The notes under the pieces: model-generated
The model's database searches: none
Told to the model about the DNA's origin: nothing
What the model saw: only the letters and a program-made list of their open reading frames with translations
NCBI GenBank assembly: GCA_015222805.1
Contig: JADFVZ010000061.1
Location: forward strand, 49,317 to 113,316
Length of the DNA stretch: 64,000 nt
Origin: Pseudomonadota bacterium
Lineage (GTDB): Bacteria > Pseudomonadota > Gammaproteobacteria > Xanthomonadales > SZUA-36
Direction of reading: 5' to 3'
Translations under genes and position numbers: made by a program
In this document: one piece after another, positions 28,665 to 38,939 of the stretch
Position numbering within the stretch: the stretch's first letter is position 1
Layout of the letters: every line of letters begins with the position of its first letter

Positions 28665-29411
28665 ATGATTTTTATTTCCTATGGCGCAATAAAATCTGCC
28701 AGCAGTTTCGCTTTCCTGTTGGCGAATGACGTGGCCATACAATCTGAGCCGCGGAAAGAGATAGAGGATCTGCTGCCGCCGAAACTACAATCCATATTTA
28801 TCCAGGAAATATCAGATTGTATTGATGAGTTGGTAGAAACTGTACCGCAAGATAAAATGTACGTGGTTAAAACACACCAGCACCTGGATAAAAAATTGTA
28901 TACACACTTGCGAATGGGTACAGTGATGGCGTCAATATCTTACCGTGACCCTTATGACATCCTGGTTTCACTGCTGGATGCAGGCAAGCGGGAGAGGACG
29001 ATTGAAGATATCAGCAAACGCAGGGAAGTGTTTGCCAGTGTTTTTACCCTGGATGATGCCCTTGCAAAAATACCCTGGATACTATCAAGCAACCGCAGTT
29101 GGCTGGATCTTGTGGGTATACTGCCCAGGTTGATAGCGACACCTTTCGAAATGTTACGAAATCAGCCCCGATCTGTTGTTGCAGGGTATGCGCGGATGAT
29201 GGATGTGGAGGTAGATGCATCCCGGATTGTCAATAAATTCCTGGAAAATAGAGAGTTGATTACCGAGTATAATCGTGGAGAACCTGGACGCGGTCATAAA
29301 GAGATTCAGATACCAGTCGACCATCCTTACAGGAAAGCCATGGATCAGTTTGTGAATCAGTATCTTAATCAGGATTTCATGGATCAAAAGAATGAAAACC
29401 CAGCGCATTAA
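28665..29411 (+). CDS. Sulfotransferase-fold protein (cytosolic-type PAPS-binding motifs)
   Basis: 248 aa. Contains a 5'-PSB-like loop GAIKSASS, a VVKTHQH catalytic-His region about 57 aa later, the 3'-PB motif SYRDPYDILVS about 24 aa after that, and a C-terminal GEPGRGHK. The spacing matches sulfotransferases. No database check was done. Confidence 0.55.
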   Translation: MIFISYGAIKSASSFAFLLANDVAIQSEPRKEIEDLLPPKLQSIFIQEISDCIDELVETVPQDKMYVVKTHQHLDKKLYTHLRMGTVMASISYRDPYDILVSLLDAGKRERTIEDISKRREVFASVFTLDDALAKIPWILSSNRSWLDLVGILPRLIATPFEMLRNQPRSVVAGYARMMDVEVDASRIVNKFLENRELITEYNRGEPGRGHKEIQIPVDHPYRKAMDQFVNQYLNQDFMDQKNENPAH

Positions 29412-29490
29412 TGGTGGGATGCAAAAGATGACAATTTATCCAAAACTCCATGTATGTCGAAGATGGCAGCTCCTCAATCATGTTTGATTT

Positions 29491-29527
29491 AAAAAAGCCG
29501 GAGAAACAAGCTCCAGCTTTTTTATTT
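29491..29527. terminator. Bidirectional terminator between the sulfotransferase-like gene and fadA
   Basis: aaaaaagccggag-aaacaag-ctccagctttttt (7 of 8 bp stem) flanked by A- and T-runs. Confidence 0.65.
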
Positions 29528-29543
29528 TACAGCTGGATTTAAC

Positions 29544-30722
29544 TTAGCTTAGTATTTCAAAAATCCCGGCGGCACCCATACCAGTACCGATGCACATGGT
29601 TACCATGCCGTATTTGAGCTTGCGATCACGCATGGCGTGAATCATCTTGGTACTGAGAACTGCACCGGTAGCTCCAAGTGGATGACCCAGTGCAATCGCG
29701 CCACCTAGTGGATTGATTTTATCCGGGTTGAGGCCGGTGTCATTGATGACCGCCAGAGATTGTGCAGCAAAGGCTTCATTTAGCTCAATCCAGTCGAGGT
29801 CATCTTTGTTGATACCCGTTTGTTTAAGGACTTTTGGAATAGCCGCAATCGGACCTATACCCATAATTTCCGGCGGTACACCGGCAACTGAGAATCCGCG
29901 GAATACGGCCAGCGGTTGCAGGTTGAACTCTTTCACTGCAGCCTCACTAGCCAGCATCAGTGCAGCAGCCCCATCTGACATCTGAGAACTGTTGCCCGCG
30001 GTAACACTACCATTGGCTTTAAATACTGTACGCAGGCGCGCCAGCACTTCCAGTGAAGTATCAGGACGGGCACCTTCATCGTGCTCGAACAGGCGTTCAC
30101 GCATATGGACTACAGAACCGTCGGTTTGATATGAGCGGGTATTAATTGCTACCACGCCGGTGTTGATATTATTTTCCAGTGCGGCCATGGCTTTCTGGTG
30201 ACTGTTATAAGCGAACTGGTCCTGGGCTTCACGGCTGATATTGTACTGGTCAGCTACATTTTCAGCGGTGATACCCATACCGTAGGCAATATTGACGTGC
30301 TCGCTTTCAAACAGGACTGGGTTCATTTCAACTTTGTTGCCCATCATTGGCACCATGCTCATGGACTCAGTACCACCCGCAAGCATCAGGTCGGCTTCGC
30401 CTAGGCGGATACGATCGGCGGCCATGGCAATGGTTTGCAGACCGGAAGAGCAGAACCGATTTACGGTTACTCCGGGCACTGTATTCGGCAGGTCAGCTAA
30501 GAGTGCGGCAATACGGGCAACATTCATACCCTGGGCACCTTCGGGCATGGCACAGCCAATAATAACATCAGCAATCCTGTGTGGATCAATATCCCCGGCG
30601 CTGCTGACGGCGTGGCTAATCGCGTGGGCCAGCATATCATCCGGACGGGTTTTGCTTAGCGAACCGCGGAAGGCTTTGCCAACCGGGGTGCGGGCGGCGG
30701 AAACAATATAAGCATCTTGCAT
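29544..30722 (-). CDS. fadA: Acetyl-CoA C-acyltransferase (3-ketoacyl-CoA thiolase)
   Basis: 392 aa with active-site Cys in NRFCSSGLQ, plus GHPLGATG and CIGTGMG. Confidence 0.92.
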   Translation of the reverse strand: MQDAYIVSAARTPVGKAFRGSLSKTRPDDMLAHAISHAVSSAGDIDPHRIADVIIGCAMPEGAQGMNVARIAALLADLPNTVPGVTVNRFCSSGLQTIAMAADRIRLGEADLMLAGGTESMSMVPMMGNKVEMNPVLFESEHVNIAYGMGITAENVADQYNISREAQDQFAYNSHQKAMAALENNINTGVVAINTRSYQTDGSVVHMRERLFEHDEGARPDTSLEVLARLRTVFKANGSVTAGNSSQMSDGAAALMLASEAAVKEFNLQPLAVFRGFSVAGVPPEIMGIGPIAAIPKVLKQTGINKDDLDWIELNEAFAAQSLAVINDTGLNPDKINPLGGAIALGHPLGATGAVLSTKMIHAMRDRKLKYGMVTMCIGTGMGAAGIFEILS

Positions 30723-30767
30723 TCTAAATTACTCCTGAATTCTTTTTAGGCAACAATCAGTTACCGA

Positions 30768-33134
30768 TTAATTGCGTAATGGTTTGCCGTTTTTCAGCAT
30801 AAAGGCGATTCGTTCCAGTGTTTTTGGCATTTGTGCAAGCTCCAGGAAATGTTCCTGTTCAAGCTTCAGCAGCCAGTCTTCACTCACTCGGGACTCGGGA
30901 TCAACCTCGCCACCTGAAAGTACAGTGGCGACTCGGTCTGAAACCACATAATCATGTGCTGAGATGAAGTTGCCTGCTTGCATGTTCACCAGTGCAGCAC
31001 GGAAGTTTGCAATGCCTGTGCGTCCAGCAACCGGGTGTTGGATGTAGCGTAAGGGTGGGCGATAGCCGGATTCGGCCATGGCTTTTACCTGCTGCTGGGC
31101 TACATAGAGTATTTCCTCGGTATTCATCACCACCAGGTCTGTAGGTCGCAGGTAACCAAACTGGCGCGCTTCATGCGCGCTGGCACTGACTTTACCCATC
31201 GCAATTTGCTCAAAATATTGCTGCAGCAAGGCAAATGAATCGCCGGTTACGGTATTAATTCGGGCACGTAGTGCCAGTTCTTTGACACCACCGCCACCAG
31301 GCAACAGGCCAACACCTGCTTCAACCAGTCCGATGTAGCTTTCATGCGCTGCTACAACACGGGCGCAATGCATAAGCACCTCTGTACCACCACCTAAAGC
31401 CAGGCCGCGGACCGCCGCAACTGTCGGGACCTGTGCATATTTCAAGCGCATATTGGCCTGCTGGAAGCCATCGATCATAGACATGAGGTCATCCAGTCGA
31501 CCTTCCTGCACCATAGTAGCCATGCCGAAGAGGTCCGCACCGGCACAGAAAGGTCCTTTTGGCTGCCAGATTACCAGTCCGGAAAAATCGGACTCGGCTT
31601 TATCAATAGCTGCATTTATATCATCAACCAGTGCATTGTTAATAGTGTTCATTTTGGTTTTGAAGCTGAGAATGGCAACATCACCATCAAGGGTCCACAA
31701 GCGGCTTGAATCGGTTTGAGCAATGGTTTCACCATGCTCACGGGCTTCACCCAGTAGGCGGCTGGGTTGTAACTGGCGACTGTATACCGGCAGGCTGGAG
31801 CGCGGGCTGTATTCGCCGCGGGCAGCTGACCATGATCCCTGGATGCCGTGGACACCTTCGCGACCGTCTGTTACCCAGGCGGGCAGGGCGACATTGACCA
31901 TGGCTTTACCCTGGTCCATATCCTCATTGATCCAGTCGCACACCTGCTGCCAACCAGCAGCCTGCCAGATTTCAAAGGGACCCTGTTTCCAACCATAGCC
32001 CCAGCAGATAGCTTCATCAACTTCACGGGCGCTATCGGCTATTTCTTCCAGGTGGAAGGCGCAATAGTGGAAAATATCACGGAACATAGCCCAGAGGAAT
32101 TTGGCTTCACGATCTTCACTTGAACGTAAAGCTGCAAATTTTTCGCCCCAGTCGCGAATTTTCAAAATAGTCTTTACTTCATCCGGCAAACTGTAGTCAG
32201 CCGCCCGGTAATGATGTCCATCGAGGACTTCAATCACTTTACCCTGCTTGCGAAACACACCCTTTCGGGTTTTCTGTCCGAGGTCACCTTTTTCGATCAG
32301 GTAATCAAGCCATTCTGGCTTCTTGTAATATTTTGCCCAGGGGTCATCTGTCAGGGTAGTAGCCAATGTGTTGATGGTATGCCCCATGGTGTCAAGCCCA
32401 ACCACATCCGCTGTACGGAAAGTCGCGCTTTTTGCGCGACCGATAGCCGGGCCGGTTAATGCATCAACAGTATCAAAACCGAGACTGAAGCCTTCGGTGT
32501 GGTGCATAGTGGCCAGCATTGAAAAGATACCAATCCGGTTGGCGATAAAGTTTGGCGTGTCTTCAGCACGTACAACACCCTTGCCCAACGCGGTTATAGA
32601 GAATGCTTCGAGTGCATCCAGCACCCAGGCATCTGTACCTGCATGCGGGATTAGTTCTGCCAGGTTCATGTATCGCGGTGGATTAAAGAAATGGATGCCG
32701 CAAAAACGATGGCGCAGGGCTTTCGGCAGCACTGTAGCCAGCTCGCCAATGCCCAGACCTGAGGTGTTGGTGGCCAGGATTGCATTGTCAGCAACATAAT
32801 CCTCAATCTTATCGTAGAGGTCTTTTTTCCAGTCCATCCGCTCACCGATGGCTTCAATGATCAGGTCGCAATCTTTCAACAGCTCAAGATGTTGGTCGTA
32901 ATTGGCTGGGATGATCAGGTTTGCCACCTGGGGGTAACCCAGGGGGGAAGGTTTGAGTTTTTTTAATCCGGTAATGGCCTTCTTGACCAGGGCGTTAGGG
33001 TCGCCTTCTTTTGATGCGAGCTCAAAAAGGACGGTTTCAATACCGGAATTGACCAGGTGGGCTGCAATCTGTGCACCCATGACACCGGCACCTAGAACGG
33101 CTGCGCGACGAACATTATATGTTTGTTTTTTCAT
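30768..33134 (-). CDS. Multifunctional 3-hydroxyacyl-CoA dehydrogenase / enoyl-CoA hydratase, dehydrogenase-first (FadN-type) order
   Basis: About 788 aa. N-terminal NAD motif AAVLGAGVMGAQIA and a C-terminal crotonase fold (ALGGGTEVLMHC). The longest ORF starts at 33170; I prefer ATG 33134 (MKKQTYN). Confidence 0.88.
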   Translation of the reverse strand: MKKQTYNVRRAAVLGAGVMGAQIAAHLVNSGIETVLFELASKEGDPNALVKKAITGLKKLKPSPLGYPQVANLIIPANYDQHLELLKDCDLIIEAIGERMDWKKDLYDKIEDYVADNAILATNTSGLGIGELATVLPKALRHRFCGIHFFNPPRYMNLAELIPHAGTDAWVLDALEAFSITALGKGVVRAEDTPNFIANRIGIFSMLATMHHTEGFSLGFDTVDALTGPAIGRAKSATFRTADVVGLDTMGHTINTLATTLTDDPWAKYYKKPEWLDYLIEKGDLGQKTRKGVFRKQGKVIEVLDGHHYRAADYSLPDEVKTILKIRDWGEKFAALRSSEDREAKFLWAMFRDIFHYCAFHLEEIADSAREVDEAICWGYGWKQGPFEIWQAAGWQQVCDWINEDMDQGKAMVNVALPAWVTDGREGVHGIQGSWSAARGEYSPRSSLPVYSRQLQPSRLLGEAREHGETIAQTDSSRLWTLDGDVAILSFKTKMNTINNALVDDINAAIDKAESDFSGLVIWQPKGPFCAGADLFGMATMVQEGRLDDLMSMIDGFQQANMRLKYAQVPTVAAVRGLALGGGTEVLMHCARVVAAHESYIGLVEAGVGLLPGGGGVKELALRARINTVTGDSFALLQQYFEQIAMGKVSASAHEARQFGYLRPTDLVVMNTEEILYVAQQQVKAMAESGYRPPLRYIQHPVAGRTGIANFRAALVNMQAGNFISAHDYVVSDRVATVLSGGEVDPESRVSEDWLLKLEQEHFLELAQMPKTLERIAFMLKNGKPLRN

Positions 33135-33194
33135 CAGTTTTCCTTTAAATAACAAATTAATATATAACAAGTTAATACAGTATTAATGGATATT

Positions 33195-35630
33195 CTACAT
33201 AGGGGTTGCGTCTGCCGGGAATTCATCCACAGCAATAACCCTGGCGGCAAGTGACTGCGCTGTGCGCACGAGTTCTGCCTGGTCCTGGGTAATGATGCTG
33301 GTTTCCAGGCCGCGTTCTATCATGTCTTCATAATTGGTAATACTGACAGCCTGTTTAAACGCATTTTTCAGTGCGCGCTCCGGCACCACTGCCTTCCTGT
33401 CTGCCGCAAAGGCTAGCATTAACAAGCCCGTGGCATCTTCTTTTTCGGAGATATACAGGCCTTCCATCAAGCGGTCCCTGCTGGGGTTGTCGGTAAGCAA
33501 CAGGCGTGCAACATGCTTGCCGCAAGTATCCCTGGGGCCTTCATACGGCAGTCCCAGCGGGAAGATAACAAAACGAATCAGTTTGCCGACATAGCGCAGG
33601 GGGTAATTGCGCAATATGCCAACCAGGCGGGTCTGCATGGTATACAGGCTATCCTGCATTGCCCAGTGGACCAGGGGCATATCTTCTTTTGGTTGGCCGT
33701 CATCTTCAAATTTTTTCAGCACGGCAGATGCCAGGTAAAGATGGGACAGCACATCTGCTAACCGGCCGGAGGTTTTCTCTTTGAATTTAAAACTGCCGCC
33801 GTAGGTGGCCAATACAAAATCTGCAATAAATGTAAAGGCGGCACTCATACGAGTTAACTGGCGGTAGTAACGTGCAGTTGGTCCCTGCACTGGAGAGCGC
33901 ACCCAGCGGGCAGAGGTAACACCGAGGACAAAAGCTCTTACCTTATTGCTAATAACAAAGCCGACATGTCCGAACAGCGCCCGGTCAAAGTCCTTCAGGC
34001 CCTGTGTAGCATCGGGGTCAGCGGCGGATTCCATCTCTTTTAACAGCCAGGGATGGCAGCGGATTGCGCCCTGTCCAAAAATAATCATGCTGCGGGTTAA
34101 TATGTTGGCGCCCTCCACAGTGATGGCGACCGGGGTTGCTTTATAGGCGCTGGCAAGATAGTTATTTGGGCCTTCAATAATGCCTTTACCACCATGTATG
34201 TCCATGGCTTCATTGATTACCAGGCGGTTGCCGTCGGTGAGTTGCTGTTTGAGTATGGCTGATAGCACCGAGGGTTTTTCACCTTCCATCAACGCTGCCA
34301 GGGTTAGCTGGCGTGCTGCATCCATGCGGTAGGCGTTGCCACCAATACGTGCCAGTGGTTCTTCGATACCCTCGAAATAGCCAATCGGCATATTGAACTG
34401 ACGACGAATACGGGCATATGCACCGGAGAATATGGCAGCAGATTTGCCACCGGCTGTGCCCAGTGCTGGCAGGGAAATTGCCCGGCCTGCAGCCAGTGAT
34501 TGCATCAGCATGCGCCAGCCCTGGCCGATACGTGCCTGCCCACCGATGATCCACTCCATTGGGATAAAGACAGCGTTACCCCGGGTGGGGCCATTTAAAA
34601 ATGCAGAGCCAACAGGAATATGCCGTGCGCCAATTTCAACCCCGGGGGTGGAAGTAGGGATCAATGCACAGGTAATACCCAGGTCTTCCTTGCTGCCGAG
34701 CAGGCCATTGGGATCAACCGCACGAAATGCCAGTCCCAGTACAGTGGCAACGGGTGCCAGGGTAATGTAGCGTTTATCCCAGGTGACACTCAGGCCCAGG
34801 ACTTCTTTGCCTTCGAATTCCCCCATGCAGACAACACCTTCATCGGGCATGCCGGAAGCATCTGAACCCGCCGCAGGGGCGGTTAGTGCGAAACAGGGGA
34901 TATCTTCAGAGCTCGCCAGGCGCGGCAGGTAATAATTCTTTTGTTCGTCGGTGCCATAGTGCAACAGCAATTCACCAGGACCGAGTGAATTCGGCACCAT
35001 GATGGTTACTGCAGCGGTCACATTCCTGGATGAAACCATCATCACTACCGCAGAGTTGGCAAAAGGTGAAAAATCCAGTCCACCATACTCTTTCGGGATT
35101 ATCATGCTGAAAAAGCGGTGTTTTTTCAGGTAATCCCAAATTTCTTCTGTCAGGTTATTATTCTGCCTGATTTCCCAGTCATCCAGCATTGCGCACAGGG
35201 TTTTTACCGGACCGTCCATGAAGGCTTGTTCTTCATCGGTCAATTCCGGTTTCTTAACCTCGAGTAATTTCTTCCATTTTGGTTTGCCAGAAAAAAGTTC
35301 CGCATCCCACCATACAGTACCGGCTTCGAGCGCTTCCCGTTCGGTATCCGACATTGTGGGCAATACCCCTTTAAACCAGCCAAATAGCGGTTTTGATATC
35401 AACTTGCGTCGTAGGGGAACCAGGCTTAAAAACCCCAGGACTAGAGTGACAAGTAGGGGCAGCAACATAATCCACAGGGGTTGGAGAAAATGCTGGTGGC
35501 CGAATAAGCCAAGAACAGTCACCGCAGCCATGCTGCTTAGCCAGAGTAGCAGCGGGGCACGAAAATAGGCTAATGAAAGCAGGATCGTTAATAGAATTGC
35601 AAAATGTAGTAAGGAAATCAGAATGCTCAT
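33195..35630 (-). CDS. fadE: Long-form acyl-CoA dehydrogenase (E. coli FadE type)
   Basis: 811 aa with N-terminal TM helices followed by an acyl-CoA dehydrogenase core. Size and architecture match FadE. Confidence 0.88.
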   Translation of the reverse strand: MSILISLLHFAILLTILLSLAYFRAPLLLWLSSMAAVTVLGLFGHQHFLQPLWIMLLPLLVTLVLGFLSLVPLRRKLISKPLFGWFKGVLPTMSDTEREALEAGTVWWDAELFSGKPKWKKLLEVKKPELTDEEQAFMDGPVKTLCAMLDDWEIRQNNNLTEEIWDYLKKHRFFSMIIPKEYGGLDFSPFANSAVVMMVSSRNVTAAVTIMVPNSLGPGELLLHYGTDEQKNYYLPRLASSEDIPCFALTAPAAGSDASGMPDEGVVCMGEFEGKEVLGLSVTWDKRYITLAPVATVLGLAFRAVDPNGLLGSKEDLGITCALIPTSTPGVEIGARHIPVGSAFLNGPTRGNAVFIPMEWIIGGQARIGQGWRMLMQSLAAGRAISLPALGTAGGKSAAIFSGAYARIRRQFNMPIGYFEGIEEPLARIGGNAYRMDAARQLTLAALMEGEKPSVLSAILKQQLTDGNRLVINEAMDIHGGKGIIEGPNNYLASAYKATPVAITVEGANILTRSMIIFGQGAIRCHPWLLKEMESAADPDATQGLKDFDRALFGHVGFVISNKVRAFVLGVTSARWVRSPVQGPTARYYRQLTRMSAAFTFIADFVLATYGGSFKFKEKTSGRLADVLSHLYLASAVLKKFEDDGQPKEDMPLVHWAMQDSLYTMQTRLVGILRNYPLRYVGKLIRFVIFPLGLPYEGPRDTCGKHVARLLLTDNPSRDRLMEGLYISEKEDATGLLMLAFAADRKAVVPERALKNAFKQAVSITNYEDMIERGLETSIITQDQAELVRTAQSLAARVIAVDEFPADATPM

Positions 35631-36331
35631 GATGGTCTTCCGGTTTCTTTGGTTTTAAGTGGTGCAGGAGAGGTCGCATTGCCCCCCATGCTGAACAGGT
35701 CTTTTTGGGCGCGGGATGGTTGAAAGCTACGTATACCAGCTGCCGCAAAGCTTACCAGTCGGTCTGCCTCATTGATTACGCCGGGTTGAAGGTCACCCTT
35801 GTGACTGAAATGACCGCTGAAATCGGCCATAACATATGTTAATGCTCCAATAACAAAGTCCAGTTGCCAGCGTAACTCTTTCGCCGGCATATCCGGCAGG
35901 ATTGCCTGGATAGTGCTGGCAAAGCGTTTTATCACATGGCCATAATGGTTAACCAGAAAAGCATGCAAATCTTCATTGCTTTCGGCATATATTCTCGCGA
36001 TTAGTTTCACAAACCGGTCTCCTCCACCTTCATTATCTCGTGATAGCTTTAAAGCAGGGTAGATCAGTGCCCTCAACACTTCTTCAAGGAATACAGGCTG
36101 CCCACTGGAAGTGATTTTATCCAGGCGTTGCAGTCTTTCCTTGTTCAGGCTGTCCATATGATGCTGGAAAACTTCTACAATCAATTGCTGTTTGTTGCCA
36201 AAATGATAGTTAACTGCGGCCAGGTTAACGCCAGCGTGACGGGTAATTTCACGCAGGGAAGTGGAGGCGAATCCCTGCTCTGAAAACAGGATTTCTGCTG
36301 ACATCAAGATTTTATTTTGTGTATTCTGCAT
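35627..36331 (-). CDS. TetR/AcrR-family transcriptional regulator (PsrA-like position ahead of fad genes)
   Basis: 234 aa with N-terminal HTH FASTSLREITRHAGVNLAAVNYHFGNK. Overlaps the fadE start by 4 nt. Confidence 0.85.
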   Translation of the reverse strand: MQNTQNKILMSAEILFSEQGFASTSLREITRHAGVNLAAVNYHFGNKQQLIVEVFQHHMDSLNKERLQRLDKITSSGQPVFLEEVLRALIYPALKLSRDNEGGGDRFVKLIARIYAESNEDLHAFLVNHYGHVIKRFASTIQAILPDMPAKELRWQLDFVIGALTYVMADFSGHFSHKGDLQPGVINEADRLVSFAAAGIRSFQPSRAQKDLFSMGGNATSPAPLKTKETGRPS

Positions 36332-36359
36332 CTTCTTACTTTAGCGAATATCCCGAATT

Positions 36360-36373
36360 CAAACAAGTGTTTT
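36360..36373. promoter_or_regulatory. Candidate PsrA-type operator (CAAAC-N4-GTTTT) upstream of the TetR gene
   Basis: caaacaagtgtttt lies 29-42 nt upstream of the TetR ATG. It resembles the published PsrA half-site arrangement (G/C)AAAC-N2-4-GTTT(G/C). The motif is short and low in information. Confidence 0.3.
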
Positions 36374-36584
36374 AATCAAGCGTATGAGAATAGACCGATC
36401 AAGCTTTATAAATCCTTACAAAAGTTGAACGACAATCAGCATGGAAAGACATTCCCAATGCGCGGTTTCAATTGCTAAAACTGTTGTCTACAGCTACAAT
36501 TAGAGGGATTTATTAATGCAAATGATTCTCCAAAGGGAATTGTTTAATCTAGTTTTATATCAATAAGATAAAAGGAATACTTAA

Positions 36585-37010
36585 GTGTCTATCGAGAGAA
36601 CATTTTCAATCATTAAGCCCGACGCCGTTGCCAAAAATGTAATTGGCAAGATTTATAGCCGGTTTGAACAGGCTGGCCTGAAGATAATTGCTTCACAGTA
36701 CCGTCAACTTTCTACCGCAGAAGCAGAAGGTTTCTATGCTGTTCATAGTGAGCGTCCATTTTTTGCAGACTTAGTGAGCTTCATGACATCTGGACCGGTT
36801 ATTTTGCAGGTCCTCGAAGGTGAAAATGCCATTGCCAGGAATCGTGAACTGATGGGTGCAACCAACCCACAGGAAGCAGAAGCGGGAACTATTCGTGCAG
36901 ATTTTGCGGAAAGCATTGATGCGAATGCTGTTCATGGTTCCGATGCTCCGGAAACTGCAGCAGTTGAGATTGCTTATTTCTTCAGCGGCTGTGATATTCA
37001 CTCCCGTTAA
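36585..37010 (+). CDS. ndk: Nucleoside-diphosphate kinase
   Basis: 141 aa with a GTG start. [14 protein letters not shown] and NAVHGSD (catalytic His). Confidence 0.97.
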   Translation: MSIERTFSIIKPDAVAKNVIGKIYSRFEQAGLKIIASQYRQLSTAEAEGFYAVHSERPFFADLVSFMTSGPVILQVLEGENAIARNRELMGATNPQEAEAGTIRADFAESIDANAVHGSDAPETAAVEIAYFFSGCDIHSR

Positions 37011-37023
37011 TTGGTAGCATTGA

Positions 37024-38136
37024 ATGACTGATACCCTCAAGCAGTCCCTGGTTAACCTGTTAGATCTGGATGAGACAGGGCTGCGCGGTTTTTTTGAAGG
37101 TATAGGAGAAAAGCCATTTCGTGCCACCCAGGTAATGAAGTGGATCTATCACCACGGGGTTACCGACTTTGACAGCATGACCGACCTCGGCAAGGCGCTG
37201 CGGGAACGGCTGGAAAATATTGCCTGCATTACTTTACCCACGATCCTTAAAGAGCAACGCTCGAGTGATGGAACAGTAAAGTGGATGCTCGGCTTACCGG
37301 GTGGCAACGCTGTCGAAACTGTCTATATTCCTGAGGCCAAACGCGGCACACTGTGTGTGTCTTCACAGGTTGGTTGCGCCCTGAACTGCAGCTTTTGTTC
37401 AACCGCAACCCAGGGCTTCAGCCGTAACCTGATGACCAGTGAAATTATCGGCCAGGTTTTCCTGGCGGCACAGGCACTTGGGCACGAACGCAATGGTAAA
37501 CGTGCTATTACCAACGTGGTCATGATGGGCATGGGTGAGCCATTGCTAAACTTTGATGCATTGGCACCGGCACTCAAGCTGATGAGGGATGACCTCGGCT
37601 ATGGCTTTGCTTCCCGGCGTGTGACTGTCAGTACTGCCGGCCTGGTTCCAATGATTGACCGCTTGCGTGAAACTGTCGATGTTGCCCTTGCAGTTTCACT
37701 GCATGCGCCGGTTGATGATCTTCGGGTACAGTTGGTACCACTCAATAAAAAATATCCGATCAGGGAGTTGATGGCGGCCTGCCAGCGATATGTTGCCGGT
37801 CGGAATAAATGTCAGGTGACTTTCGAATACACCATGATGGACGGTATCAATGATTCGCCGGAACACGCCCGTCAACTGGTCAAATTGCTGCGCAGGGTAC
37901 CTAGTAAACTAAATATTATTCCTTTTAATCCCTACCCGGGTGCACGTTACCGATGTTCTCCAGCGGAGCGAATTGAAGTATTTAAACAAATTGTTATGCG
38001 TGGCGGACTGATTGCTACTGTGCGTAAAACCCGCGGTGAAGATATTGACGCAGCCTGTGGTCAGTTGGTGGGTAAAGTCCTTGATCGTACCCGTCGACAG
38101 GCAAGCCATAATGCACAACTTGCAGGGCAGGCATGA
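37024..38136 (+). CDS. rlmN: 23S rRNA/tRNA adenine-C2 methyltransferase (radical SAM)
   Basis: 370 aa with radical-SAM [10 protein letters not shown] and a C-terminal DIDAACGQL. Confidence 0.95.
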   Translation: MTDTLKQSLVNLLDLDETGLRGFFEGIGEKPFRATQVMKWIYHHGVTDFDSMTDLGKALRERLENIACITLPTILKEQRSSDGTVKWMLGLPGGNAVETVYIPEAKRGTLCVSSQVGCALNCSFCSTATQGFSRNLMTSEIIGQVFLAAQALGHERNGKRAITNVVMMGMGEPLLNFDALAPALKLMRDDLGYGFASRRVTVSTAGLVPMIDRLRETVDVALAVSLHAPVDDLRVQLVPLNKKYPIRELMAACQRYVAGRNKCQVTFEYTMMDGINDSPEHARQLVKLLRRVPSKLNIIPFNPYPGARYRCSPAERIEVFKQIVMRGGLIATVRKTRGEDIDAACGQLVGKVLDRTRRQASHNAQLAGQA

Positions 38137-38187
38137 ATGTATAACACCGACTCGATTTTTCAACCGTTGCTACAAGGATGTAACACA

Positions 38188-38934
38188 ATGAAAATATGGA
38201 TGATAGTATTGCTTTGCCTGGTATTGACTGCCTGTGCATCGACCGGCTCGGAGCTTGGTCTCCCGGATCAGGAAACTGAGACCGTGGAAGGGGCTGTGGT
38301 TAACGTTAAGCTGGCTACAGGTTATATGCAGCAGGGCGAGTACGAGGTTGCCCTGGAAAAATTGCAACGCGCACTGCAGTTTGATCCTGATTACGCTACT
38401 GCACACACTGTTATCGGTGTGTTATATACGAGGATAGGCGAGCAGGAACTCGCAGGGAAACACTACAAGCGTGCTGTTGAACTGAATCCTGATGATGGTG
38501 GTGTACTCAATAATTATGGCCAATACCTGTGCCAGGTAAAGCGATATGAGGAAGCATATCCTTATTTTAAACGGGCTATAGATCAACCGTTTTACCATAC
38601 TCCCGCATCAGCATTATCCAATGCCGGGCGTTGTGCCATAGATGAAGGCAAGCTGGATAAGGCGGAACAATACCTTCGCGCGGCCTTGAAAATCAGTCCG
38701 GAATACCCGCCAACATTACTTGACCTGGCCCAGTTGATGGAGCTTAAAAACGAACATCTCAAGGCGCGTGCATTCCTAGAGCGTTACCACTCATCAGGTC
38801 AGGCATCACCAGAAAGCCTCTATCTCGGGTATGATGTGGAGCATGAATTGGGTGATGAAAGTGCCAGCGAAGAGTATCGGCGTATGCTTATCCAGCAATT
38901 TCCTGATTCACCATTGATTAACCACATACTGTAA
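38188..38934 (+). CDS. pilW: Type IV pilus biogenesis/stability TPR lipoprotein PilW (PilF)
   Basis: Lipobox LVLTAC followed by TPR repeats. Conserved position between rlmN and rodZ. The longest ORF starts at 38137. Confidence 0.8.
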   Translation: MKIWMIVLLCLVLTACASTGSELGLPDQETETVEGAVVNVKLATGYMQQGEYEVALEKLQRALQFDPDYATAHTVIGVLYTRIGEQELAGKHYKRAVELNPDDGGVLNNYGQYLCQVKRYEEAYPYFKRAIDQPFYHTPASALSNAGRCAIDEGKLDKAEQYLRAALKISPEYPPTLLDLAQLMELKNEHLKARAFLERYHSSGQASPESLYLGYDVEHELGDESASEEYRRMLIQQFPDSPLINHIL

Positions 38935-38939
38935 AAAGG

